Below, piece after piece: positions 48,724 to 64,000 of a stretch of 64,000 nucleotides of DNA. The notes under the pieces are model-generated. The model was not told the DNA's origin and made no database searches. It worked only from the letters and a program-made list of their open reading frames with translations. Source of the DNA: Eledone cirrhosa (taxonomy: Eukaryota); contig OZ024742.1 in assembly GCA_964016885.1 (NCBI GenBank), forward strand, positions 79,670,001-79,734,000, given 5' to 3'. How positions within the stretch are numbered: the first letter of the stretch is position 1; each line of letters starts with the position of its first letter. Position numbers and translations under genes: made by a program.

Positions 48724-51165
48724 GGAGAGAGAGAGAGTGGGTATCACATCGAAGCTGACGCTGCAATAGGGCATATATATGCGTATGTAGTATAAAGGTT
48801 GTGCATGGATATTTTTCACATAAACTTGAGGATGATACTAACATTCATTTGAAGTGTACACACATTTGGACTGGTGACTGCAATCCAAATGTAGGAAATA
48901 GTTTTAAAATACATAATGAATAAAAGAAACATCAAAAAACGTTAAGCAGCAACCAATCTTGAACAAAATGTCATCAAATTAATATCACGTTTTGTAGCCA
49001 CATCAATCTACAATGCCATCTATAAGGAAAACTGTTCTGGGCTAAATACAGCGAATGAATGTACACATTCATTTCAACTCAAGGAATATATGTGCTACAC
49101 GCCCATCAAATCTACTATCAAGTACGAAATTACTAGGTTTTCTATCGCTTTTTGGGGACAAACAAGAAAACCTATAAGCCCTCTTAGAGGTCTGTTGCCC
49201 AAATCATGTGAACATTTCTTCCGAAATCAGCGAGGAAATGAACAATTACTGACAGCTGCTACGAGCCCTTCAGTTATTCTGTCTTAATTGTATGTTACAT
49301 AGATACTAATAATTCTTTTTGCAATTCTCTCGGGTAGACAATGTCTGAGAGACAATCTGCAAACACCAAGCTTTTCCTGAGAATCAATGAATGTGTTAAC
49401 ACGCGCATCCAAATAAAACTTGTGAGTGACATATTAAAAATATTCTAGAGTTTCCTAAATTTTGATATGTGTCATTCACTATAATCTTATACACATTTCA
49501 ACTATGAACTGTGATTCTTTGAATGAACTACAATATTTCTTGCAGGAAAATATCAAATAAAAAAATAAAAAAATGAAGTTATACATTTATAAATTTTTTT
49601 TATGTTTTCACATGCATTGGGAAGGGTGCTGTATCTCTTACGAGGACAGCATTTTTTAATCACGAGTGAGTTAAGGTGCAAACACTAAATAGAGCAACAT
49701 TTGTTCTTGATATGCTATTTGCTGGTGATGCAATACATGTGGCAATGTCTTTTCAAGAAGTTCAATTAATTGTTGAACGTTCCTCACAGGCTTCCAATAC
49801 TGTCGATACCATCTGAAACTTACAGAAAACACTTAATTCATCATACGTATTTGATACCTAAGCAATGCAAAAGCATACAACTCCCCCTGACTGAAAATAT
49901 TCCTCCAATAAATCACATTAAATTCGAGTGCCATGAATTAAATAAACCTGTAAAATCTTTTTCCAATTTCGACTGTAGAATTAATGCAAATGTTTCTCTC
50001 GATGAGATTATAAATAGCATATCTAAAGCAACAGATTTTTGGTAAGAAACAGCACCATTTCTTACACAAGAGAAAACTATAATCCTTTTTATCTTATGGA
50101 TTTGTGGCGTAGAATCTTTGAAGGGTCCATATATAGCAATTCCACATTGTCCCCCCAGTACTGCTTATCGAGAACGGTTGATTCTGGAATATTAATCTTT
50201 GATGAAACTGGGTGTTTTATGTAGCGAAGCTTTATCGATCAGCTTTGAATGTAGATGAACTGGTCATGTAATTGGCATGTGTAATGACCACCTACGCCAG
50301 TTTATCCTGTCCAGCCAAATTTGTGTTGGTACATGAAGTGTTTGGGTCACTCTCTTAAGATACAAACATACTTTCAAATCTAATTCATCTAATTGAAACA
50401 TCTGAATAACATCTTCTGAAAAATATCGCAGATTCGTAATTTATGGATAAGCTGTTGTAAGAAAAAAAAAGGGGGGGGGGGGGCAAAGCAATAATTCGGA
50501 TCCAACTTGTCTCCAGTTTGCTTCGGTCGTGTTTGTTTCGTAATTATTGCTGCACTGTTCATAAAAGTTAAGCTGTTTTGATATCTCATCGTAGATGCAA
50601 GCATTGCGTAAATGGCGTAAATTGCGCATTTGGACACTTGTATATCTAAATCGAAGAGAGGGGATATTATGTATATATTATAGAATTTCCCATCGATATA
50701 AGCGTTCTAGTATGGTCGCTGGCTAATTACTGAAACCGTTAAATAAATTGCTATCTAACAAAATAACACGATACAGAACTAGTTTTGTACTCATGATTAT
50801 CTACAAATGCATAAAAACGAAATCAATTTAAATGGGTACAGAATTTCAGAAGAGAGATGAATAAGAAGAGTAGAAGCGAATGAAATTAACAAAAAGAAAG
50901 AGATTTAAAAAAATCCAAAACTACAGCTATGCAGAATAGAAGATTAAATGCCAACAATGCAAAAGAACACAAGAACAAGAGTAAGAATAACATCATATCC
51001 TACATAACTAGTTTGAGAGTGCGCTTTTGTCAGAAGATGTTTCTCGTTAAGGTATTTGGTGAAATAACGTTTTATGTTGTTTTTCTTGTCATTCATAGCA
51101 AGAAAATAACAAGCAGTGTGTCGTACTTCCTTTGCCAACAGCCCATATAGGGAGATCTAGGATAC

Positions 51166-51285
<120 letters not shown>

Positions 51286-51326
51286 CTATATCTATCTATA
51301 TATATATATGTATGTATATATATATG

Positions 51327-51357
<31 letters not shown>

Positions 51358-51592
51358 GTGTGTGTATATGTGTGTGTGTGTGTGAGAGAGAGTGTAGCTA
51401 TCATAAATTACTCATTATGCATTCGTTATTTGTCTGTAATTACTGGAATGTTACACACAATTTTTGGCTGCACATTTTTATTCGGTCAAGTAGTCATAAA
51501 CATTTTCTGTTTATTACATCGTAAATCAGAAATAACACACAGATCTATGAGCAGATAATTATTCCCACTAACCTTACAGCTACCCCTTCTCC

Positions 51593-52620
51593 TACTACTA
51601 CTTATACCAACACCACCAACACCACCACAATCAACCACACTACTACTACTATTACTACTACTAATAATATACTACTACTACTACTGCTACTACTGCTGTT
51701 GCTACTACTACTACTACTACTACTACTACTGCTACTACTGCTGCTACTACTACTACTACTACTACTACTAATGGTGCTGTTGCTGCTGCTGCTGCTACTA
51801 CTACTACTACTACTCTGTTTGTTATATAGCTTTCTATTATTTTCATTTTATTTTTTCTGTATGTTGATTTATACATGATGGTGATGATAATGGTGATAAG
51901 AAGGAGGAGGTGGGTGATGGAGATGACGATGATGCTGCTGATATTGATGATGAGAATGAGGAGGAGGGTGATGAAAATGACATTGATGATGATGATGCTG
52001 ATGATGATGATGATGATGGTGATGGTGAGAATGATGATGATGATGATGATGATGATGGTGATGGTGAGAATGATAATGATGATGATGAAGGTGATGATGA
52101 TGATGATGATGATGGTGAGAATGATGATGGTGATGATGATGGTGATGATGGTGATGTATACGGTGATGGTGATGACGGTGATGATGGTGATGATGATGCT
52201 GATGGTGACGATGTGATGATGATGATGATGATGGTGATGGTGGTGATTGTGATGATCATGATGGTGATGTATTCCGTGATGGTGATGATGGTGATGATGG
52301 TGATGATGGTGATGATGGTGATGATGATGGTGATGCTGATGGTGATGATGTGATGGTGATGATGGTGATGGTGATGGTGATGATGGTGATGATGATGTGA
52401 TGGTGATGATGGTGATGGTGATGGTGGTGATGATGATGGTGATGATGGTGATGATGATGAGGATAATGATGATTATGGTGATGATGATGATGAGAATGAT
52501 GATGGTGGTGAGAATAATGATGATGACGTTGATTATGATGACGCTGATGATGATGATGATGATGATGGTGTAGGTAATATTTACTATGGTTATGTTGGTG
52601 ATGGAAATGATGTTGGTGTA
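51593..52620. repeat. (CTA/CTG)n followed by a (GAT/GGT)n trinucleotide tract
   Basis: Seen directly. Confidence 0.93.
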
Positions 52621-52699
52621 GTATGCACATACACATAATATATTTAGTTGCATTTCTCTGAATGACATTTGAAACATCAGAGAATAGAAACAAAAATTA

Positions 52700-52805
52700 A
52701 AAGAAATTTGGTAAAACTCTTGATATCATGTGTCATAATAACTCCTAAATATCTTTCTCTATATATATATGCATATGCATATATACATGCAAGCATGCCA
52801 ATACA

Positions 52806-52843
<38 letters not shown>

Positions 52844-52950
52844 TACACACACACACACTCACACAGACATGTATATAATAACTCCTAAACATATTTCTCT
52901 ATATATATATGCATATGCATATATACATGCAAGCATGCCAATACACACAC

Positions 52951-53000
<50 letters not shown>

Positions 53001-53188
53001 ACACACACACACAGAGACATGTATATAATAACTCCTAAACATATTTCTCTATATATATATATATGCATATGCATATATACATCCAAGTATGCCGATACAC
53101 ACACACAAAGACACATACATATATATAATAACTCCTAAACATCTTTCTCTATATATAAGCATATGCATATATACATGCACGCATGCCA

Positions 53189-53258
<70 letters not shown>

Positions 53259-53370
53259 GTATTGGCATACGTGCATATATATATATATACATATGCATAT
53301 ATATAGAGAGAAAGATGTTTAGGATTGATTATGATAGATGATATCAAGTGTTTTACCAAATTTCTTTTTT
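52700..53370. repeat. ~100-150-bp composite tandem repeat x4 with an inverted terminal copy
   Basis: ataataactcctaaa(c/t)at..ttctctatatat occurs at ~52735, 52875, 53025 and 53125; an inverted copy lies at ~53250-53370. Confidence 0.75.
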
Positions 53371-54012
53371 AAGGTATTTTGAGGGTGTATTTTTCTGAAA
53401 CGTTCTGTTAAATGTTTTTCCATTAAAAAATTTTTTTTTTCTAAGTATTCGCTGCACATTCTACTGCACCTTCTACAATCTACTGTGATTGTCGCATATA
53501 ATACAGTTGCGGGTGTGTACGTGATCGCTGTGGGTGTATAAGTGTATCATGTGTATCATGCCCGCGCGAAACATGGGTGAAGGCGCCTACAGGTTGAGAG
53601 GGCGGCGACAGAGCACGAGTGGTTCAATCATACAACCCCTTACCCCCTACAGCAGTATTTCCGATTTAAGAAACAACTTTGAATGACAGATGGAAAATGA
53701 AAGGAACCAAATATAGGACGGCCACCAAAATTACCGATGACGTGTACAATTCTTGACCACTCATAGAATGACAACAACAGGATCTAAGCTGCCGAGTGAG
53801 GTCCGCGGGTGTAACTGGACATTTGGGAAGTCTGCTTCGTAGAATCGAGATTTATCTGAGGAACTTGCCATTTCAGAGTCAGGTTCGATCATTACAACGA
53901 TCGTGCCTCGAGCTGGTGGCCAGAGAAACGATAGTATTATGTCTAATAAATTTTATTCGTCGCAAAACTGATTCTCCGTTTCTTATCTGTATATATATAT
54001 AAATATATATAT

Positions 54013-54402
54013 ATCACCTTGACCAACCAGTCTGTCGGGCGCCATTCGCCGCCGCTGGTCACAGCACGTGCTGTTTTAGGCATACGATGACACCATCCCA
54101 CTGGCTGGGTGGGCAGGCCGTAAGTCTAAAGTCTGTCTTAAGCCAGAAGGCTCATTTGGCCGGTGCTTATTCCGGTTTCATGGCGTGAAGCGCCTGAGAG
54201 TACACAACCCCCCCCCCTGGAAAGGACGCCAGTCCATCGCAGGGTTAAACCTCCAGGTAATGCAGGTACTCATTTTCAGCTGCGTAAACTGTAGCAACGT
54301 GAAATAAAGTCTCTTGCTCAAGGAAACAACACATCACTGTCCGAGAATTGAACTCACAACCTTTTGATTGCAAGCCTACTGCACTAAGCCATGGGTTTTC
54401 AC
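54013..54402 (-). mobile_element. tRNA-derived SINE with a conserved central domain (Nin/Deu-like)
   Basis: Reverse complement reads TGGCTTAGTG...gaGTTCAATTC...ccttgagcaagaga...aaccctgcgatggactggcgtcc. Confidence 0.7.
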
Positions 54403-54451
54403 TTATACATATATATAAAAATATATACACACACACTATATATATATATAT

Positions 54452-57632
<3,181 letters not shown>

Positions 57633-57849
57633 ATTAAGTTAAAGTGTACATCTACATATGTATACGGAAGTATTAGTATGCATATAAATACACACATGTA
57701 TACATATGTACATGTACTGAACCTTTCACTAGACACTTTACAGTGAGTGTCAGCTAGTCTGTATGTAACCACACAGACGGACCGGGTTTTAGAGTCATAC
57801 GAGTTTTCAAGGAAACACATTTCCTCTATTCTCCAGAGAGCCAGACAGG

Positions 57850-57894
57850 AATATTGGACTAGTTTCGATGTTATTACATCTCATCAGCAATATT
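57850..57894 (-). ncRNA. Canonical minimal type-I hammerhead ribozyme
   Basis: Reverse complement reads aatattg CTGATGA gatgt-aata-acatc GAAAC ta GTC caatatt. Confidence 0.93.
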
Positions 57895-58318
57895 TACCCA
57901 TCTTCCGGCTTCTCTGGAGAATTGTAAAAGCACATATCGTTATATGCTTTTTCTATGAAAATTAGTAGTGGGTAGACTAATTTGCATAGAACGTGAGTCA
58001 TTGTACGCACCGGTTCAGCGGAAACGATAAAAACAAATAACGAAACGAAATTAAATTTCGTTTCGTTTCTAACTCACTTTTGTATGACTGACGCTTAAAC
58101 AATTAAGTTAAAGTGTACATCTACATATGTATACGGAAGTATTAGTATGCATATAAATACACACATGTATACATATGTACATGTACTGAGCCTTTCACTA
58201 GACACTTTACAGCGAGTGTCAGCTAGTCTGTATGTAACCACACAGACGGACCGGGTTTTAGAGTCATACGAGTTTTCAAGGAAACACATTTCCTCTATTC
58301 TCCAGAGGGCCAGACAGG

Positions 58319-58363
58319 AATATTGGACTAGTTTCGATGTTATTACATCTCATCAGCAATATT
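58319..58363 (-). ncRNA. Canonical minimal type-I hammerhead ribozyme
   Basis: Identical to 57850-57894. Confidence 0.93.
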
Positions 58364-59055
58364 TACCCATCTTCCGGCTTCTCTGGAGAATTGTAAAAGC
58401 ACATATCGTTATATGCTTTTTCTATGAAAATTAGTAGTGGGTAGACTAATTTGCATAGAACGTGAGTCATTGTACGCACCGGTTCAGCGGAAACGATAAA
58501 AACAAATAACGAAACGAAATTAAATTTCGTTTCGCTTCTAACTCACTTTTGTATGACTGACGCTTAAACAATTAAGTTAAAGTGTACATCTACATATGTA
58601 TACGGAAGTATTAGTATGCATATAAATACACACATGTATACATATGTACATGTACTGAGCCTTTCACTAGACACTTTACAGTGAGTGTCAGCTAGTCTGT
58701 ATGTAACCACACAGACGGACCGGGTTTTAGAGTCATACGAGTTTTCAAGGAAACACATTTCCTCTATTCTCCAGAGGGCCAGACAGGAATATTGGACTAG
58801 TTTCGATGTTATTACATCCAATCAGCAATATTTACCCATATTCCGGCTTCTCTGGAGAATTGTAAAAGCACATATCGTTATATGCTTTTTCTATGAAAAT
58901 TAGTAGTGGGTAGACTAATTTGCATAGAACGTGAGTCATTGTACGCACCGGTTCAGCGGTTATTTGTTTTTATCGTTTCCACTACTAATTTTCATAGAAA
59001 AAGCATATAACGATATGTGCTTTTACAATTCCCCAGAGAAGCCGGAAGATGGGTA

Positions 59056-59100
59056 AATATTGCTGATGAGATGTAATAACATCGAAACTAGTCCAATATT
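59056..59100 (+). ncRNA. Canonical minimal type-I hammerhead ribozyme
   Basis: aatattg CTGATGA gatgtaataacatc GAAAC ta GTC caatatt. Confidence 0.93.
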
Positions 59101-59416
59101 CCTGTCTGGCCCTCTGGAGAATAGAGGAAATGTGTTTCCTTGAAAACTCGTATGACTCTAAAACCCGGTTCGTGTGTGTGGTTACATACAAACTAGCTGA
59201 CACTCACTGTAAAGTGTCTAGTGAAAGGCTCAGTACATGTACATATGTATACATGTGTGTATTTATATGCATACTAATACTTCCGTATACATATGTAGAT
59301 GTACACTTTAACTTAATTGTTTAAGCGTCAGTCATACAAAAGTGAGTTAGAAGCGAAACGAAATTTAATTTCGTTTCGTTATTTGTTTTTATATATATAT
59401 ATATATATATATATAG

Positions 59417-60021
59417 GTCAGGTCACCAGTTGGTGCTACTGGTAACATGTATCCCAGTACAACCTGCCTCATGGTCGGGTCGTTGGCGACTAAACTGGCA
59501 ACCCCACCAAGGTTTCTTGGTGAGGAGGGTGACTTTGGACATCCTGAGGGCTAAAAACAAAACCTGTCAAAGGGCAAAGGAGCTCTTAAGAGTCAATGGC
59601 CATCCAAAATCAGCGGGAGAGATGACCCCTTAGCCTTTGTCAAGGCAGAATTCTAGGAGAAGGAAAACTCTGATATAACACCTGCAACCCTGATGGTATC
59701 CAATGATGTTGACTTTTTCTTCTTTTTGGTAAATATCATCTTGGTTAAGAGAGTGGGACTGGTTTTGTGCAGTGCCTTTGCTCACTATAAAAGCTTCACG
59801 GCACAGGCATTGCTTTATATCTGTAGATCTCTCTGCACTTGTCGTCACATGGTACCATGGGCCCAGCACTATGCGTCAATAATTGTCACAAGTGTAGTAT
59901 TTGTACGATAGTTTTCAAGTCGCTGGCTGGACTAAAAAGTCACTCGTTCAGCGCATCGGTAGGGGTTCTCTTACATGGATATAAAGTAGTGGCCATACTC
60001 GAAAACGAGTTGGCAGCCACC
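59417..60021 (+). mobile_element. ~600-bp RTE-derived element, solo copy in (TA)n
   Basis: Same termini as the 14-25 kb copies. Confidence 0.9.
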
Positions 60022-61030
<1,009 letters not shown>

Positions 61031-62398
61031 AAAGAGTTAAACAAGATTCAATGAGTATATCAAAGAATGAGTTTTACAGTAGGTTGGAAGCACTCTACAG
61101 TTAAAAAAAATGTTTTTCCAGAGTAATTAATATTAAAATACAAATATTAATAAACTAGATGTTCTTTTGATCAATTAAATTTTATTATACATATTTCCGA
61201 GGTAAAACAGTACGTCCTCATCAGACACAATATAATGATACATGACATACCCTGAGATGTTAAATGGTTAAGATTTAATCAAGGTAGTGATTAACCTAAG
61301 AGAAATTCAACATTTATACCCTAATAATGAGAAAATGCGAAACGTAATAAATTCATTAGACAATGTGTGAGTAAGAAAAACGTTGGTTAATGTGACAGCT
61401 ATAGAGATTTTAAAATGTAGGATACTATAAGTTATGGTTATCTAGGAAAATATCTCATGAATTATAACAGTCCATGAGGGCCGCTGAAAGAGGATTTAAA
61501 GAGACCGAAAGATAAAGGGGAGTAATATATGCACAAAGAGATTTTTTCCAAAAGCTAAACGGTTAAGTTTCAAAATATTTAATTTATGTTATTTTAGGGT
61601 GAAGAATCAAGATTTTAGGTTTTTTTAAACGTTGCTGGTTATTTATATTTATTAATTTTATAATTTCTATAAGTGTGTTAACATTTCTAAACTTCTGAAT
61701 TTTATGAGGATAAAATTTACAGGATTTACCTGGCCAACGAAAGGAAAATTTACATTGTTGAATATTTTCCTAAATGTAAACTTTAACGAAGATTACCTAT
61801 AAAAATGTCAACATTTTCGGTATGTAAAGCTTATGAAGTCCTTATTGTTAGAAATATTTAAATAACGATTATGTATATAGATATATATTAATGAGCCAGT
61901 ATATTTTAGGTAAATGATAACGAATATAAAATAATAGATTGAAGCATGCTAAAGTTAAATAGATACCTATATATAAAAGGATGTAAATGCATGAATTATT
62001 CACAGTTCAAAATAAATAATAATCTAAACATTTAGAAGTTATCTAAAAATGATGTATAGAGAGATACAGGGAGGTATATATAAATATATATTAAGTATTA
62101 GTGATACAGTATTCTTTAGGTAAATGATAACGATTATAATCTTATATAATAGATTTCAACGTGTTACAGTTAAATACATACTAATATATAAGAAAAACAA
62201 TAAAAAATGCATGGATAATTCAGAGTTCAAAATAAGGTCCGTAATAATTTATAGTTTGGATATTTGCTCTATATTTGAATCATGGATATAAAAATACGGT
62301 AGGTATATTTAAAAACTTACAAAAGATAATTACATACATATTATAAATAAATAAAAAAAAAAATACATATATATTTATATATATACTATATATATATA

Positions 62399-62438
<40 letters not shown>

Positions 62439-62454
62439 TAGCGAAGTCAATGAT

Positions 62455-62765
62455 TTCATAATGTCATAATTGTTTCTACTTTTGGCACAAGGCCATCAAT
62501 TCTCAGTGCATTACTGGTACTTTATTTTATCGACGCCGTAAGGATTAAAGGCAAAGTTAACCTCGGCGGGATGTCATAATTGTTTCTACTTTAGGCACAA
62601 GGCCAGCAATTACCCAGTGCGTTACTGGTACTTTATTTTATCGACCCCGTAAGGATGAAAGGCAAAGTCAACCTCGGCGGGATTTGAACACAGATCGTAA
62701 AGGGACGTAACTATGCTGGAAAGCATGGCGTCCGACCCTCCACCGCCCTATCCTCGGCGGGATGT
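62455..62765 (-). mobile_element. Octopus-like tRNA-derived SINE with an internal ~111-bp duplication
   Basis: ctggtactttattttatcgac(g/c)ccgtaaggat.aaaggcaaagt.aacctcggcggga occurs twice; the reverse complement has the B box GTTCAAATC. The family assignment is from recall of octopus SINE sequences, not from a search. Confidence 0.7.
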
Positions 62766-63042
62766 CATAATGCAGATAGATACATAGCTATAACGTCGCG
62801 CCCCGGTTAAGACGGCACTCATTGCTTAGGTATTACATAGTCAATGGTTCGGTAATCACATGCATCACTTCGTCCTGCTTTTAGGTCATGCCTCGAAGGA
62901 TGAGATACTCCATTGGCCGAAATACTGCGAAAGCGGCAAGAAAAAGAACAAGGCGGGCAAACGGTCGCAAGGCCGAGGTATTCCGTACTTCTCTGTACTG
63001 TTTCAGAAAGGAGGGATAAACATGCCAATCTATGTTTAGAAT

Positions 63043-63070
63043 CCCGAGCAACGCTGGGCTATTCTGCTAG
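63043..63070 (+). mobile_element. Helitron-type 3' terminus
   Basis: GC hairpin cccgagc-aac-gctggg, then 8 nt, then CTAG|T. Confidence 0.55.
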
Positions 63071-63645
63071 TATACTCTAAACCAAAGGTTCTCAATCCAT
63101 TTCGGCCAAACTCCACCTTTTGCCCCTCGAAATCATGAAACGCCCCCCTACCCTATTTTTCCATATTTCAATATACTACTGATTTTGATATCAGTAGGTT
63201 ACTGGGCTAAATTAAGTTATGTTAGAATCTTTAAAAAAAACTAGTACGAGTTAAATACAAAAAAGTTTCAGTCCAGAACAAAAGCAAGGTATTTCAAATT
63301 ATATATTTTTGAAAATTAGACGTGAATGTTCTCAAAGATTTGATCTCAGTCGAAAAAGATTTTTTTTTTTAAATTCTATATTTCACTGTTAGCTGTTGTA
63401 ATATTTTGAGTGGATAGACAATTCTACAATTCAAACTGAAAAGTCAAAATGCAAAAGATGCAAAATATGAAGAATTTCTTACCTTTCTCTGAAATCACAA
63501 TCTCAGGGGAAAAATAGTACCTTGCAAAATAACATACCTCGTAGCAAAATAAAATACTTAGTAGCAACGAATGAATTGAGAATCATGGTGACAGTGAGAA
63601 AGCGATATCTGTATCCCTTATATATATATATATATACATAGATAG

Positions 63646-63678
<33 letters not shown>

Positions 63679-63823
63679 AACGGGCACGCACACACACACA
63701 CACACATACATACATACCAACTTGTGTGTGTGTGACTTGGTTTTGGTACAGAAAGAATTTTGTCTCCAGTTTTTATTGCCAGGTCAAAGGCCACTGCTCT
63801 TTTCAACAACGCCAAATAACAAC

Positions 63824-63904
<81 letters not shown>

Positions 63905-64000
63905 CAAAAGTGAAAGAGGGAGAGACAGAGAGAGTAAGAAATGTGTGTGTGTGTGTTTGGTACACGTATATCTGTCTATCTATCTATCTTCAAGTTCCTC

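Larger units (their letters stand above)
57633..59392. mobile_element. Tandem array of a 469-bp HHR-bearing unit (~2.8 copies, minus-strand sense) plus an inverted copy
   Basis: HHR motifs start at 57850, 58319 and 58788 (period 469). The inverted copy spans ~58960-59392. Confidence 0.93.

Noticed and set aside
51661-52693. Poly-His/Asp/Ser/Met ORFs
   Set aside because: Several frames of a (GAT)n tract are open, and there is no unique coding context.
53690-53930. Tc1/mariner-like peptide hints (GRPPKL; DLSEELAIS)
   Set aside because: Too short, in discontinuous frames, and no TIRs or DDE domain were found.
57747-59324. Repeated 64-95 aa ORFs in the 469-bp and ~600-bp units
   Set aside because: They recur only because the units repeat; no recognisable domain apart from the remnant RTE zinc finger.
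61183-61230. Minus-strand CTGATGA...GAAA candidate (similar cases at 4365-4415, 37975-38055, and a half-motif at 1327-1342)
   Set aside because: Stem I or the NUH triplet cannot be formed, or the motif is truncated.

Overview
Very AT-rich, repeat-dominated animal genomic DNA. The abundant tRNA-derived SINEs resemble those of octopus, so a cephalopod origin is my inference. I can support no intact host gene: nearly all listed ORFs are artefacts of (TA)n, (CA)n, (ATGT)n and (GAT)n tracts. The window holds four kinds of real content. (1) Penelope-like retroelements (PLEs): three RT-thumb/GIY-YIG fragments with a Naiad-type CxC-x5-C-x5-C linker, plus many short non-coding pLTR-like units in (TA)n tracts, arranged as tandem or inverted copies. 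(2) About 30 minimal type-I hammerhead ribozyme (HHR) motifs read by eye, about 19 with intact catalytic cores. They include U3-A8 compensated variants and tandem 469-bp and 526-bp retrozyme-like units. (3) A 12-kb nest (13.4-25.7 kb) in (ATGT)n microsatellite, containing R4/Dong-like RLE retroelements, an RTE LINE, and a ~600-bp non-autonomous RTE derivative with a covarying structured 5' end. (4) A CRE-like RLE fragment, tRNA-derived SINEs, a foldback MITE and a Helitron-type 3' end. All structures and coordinates were read manually; activity claims are untested predictions.
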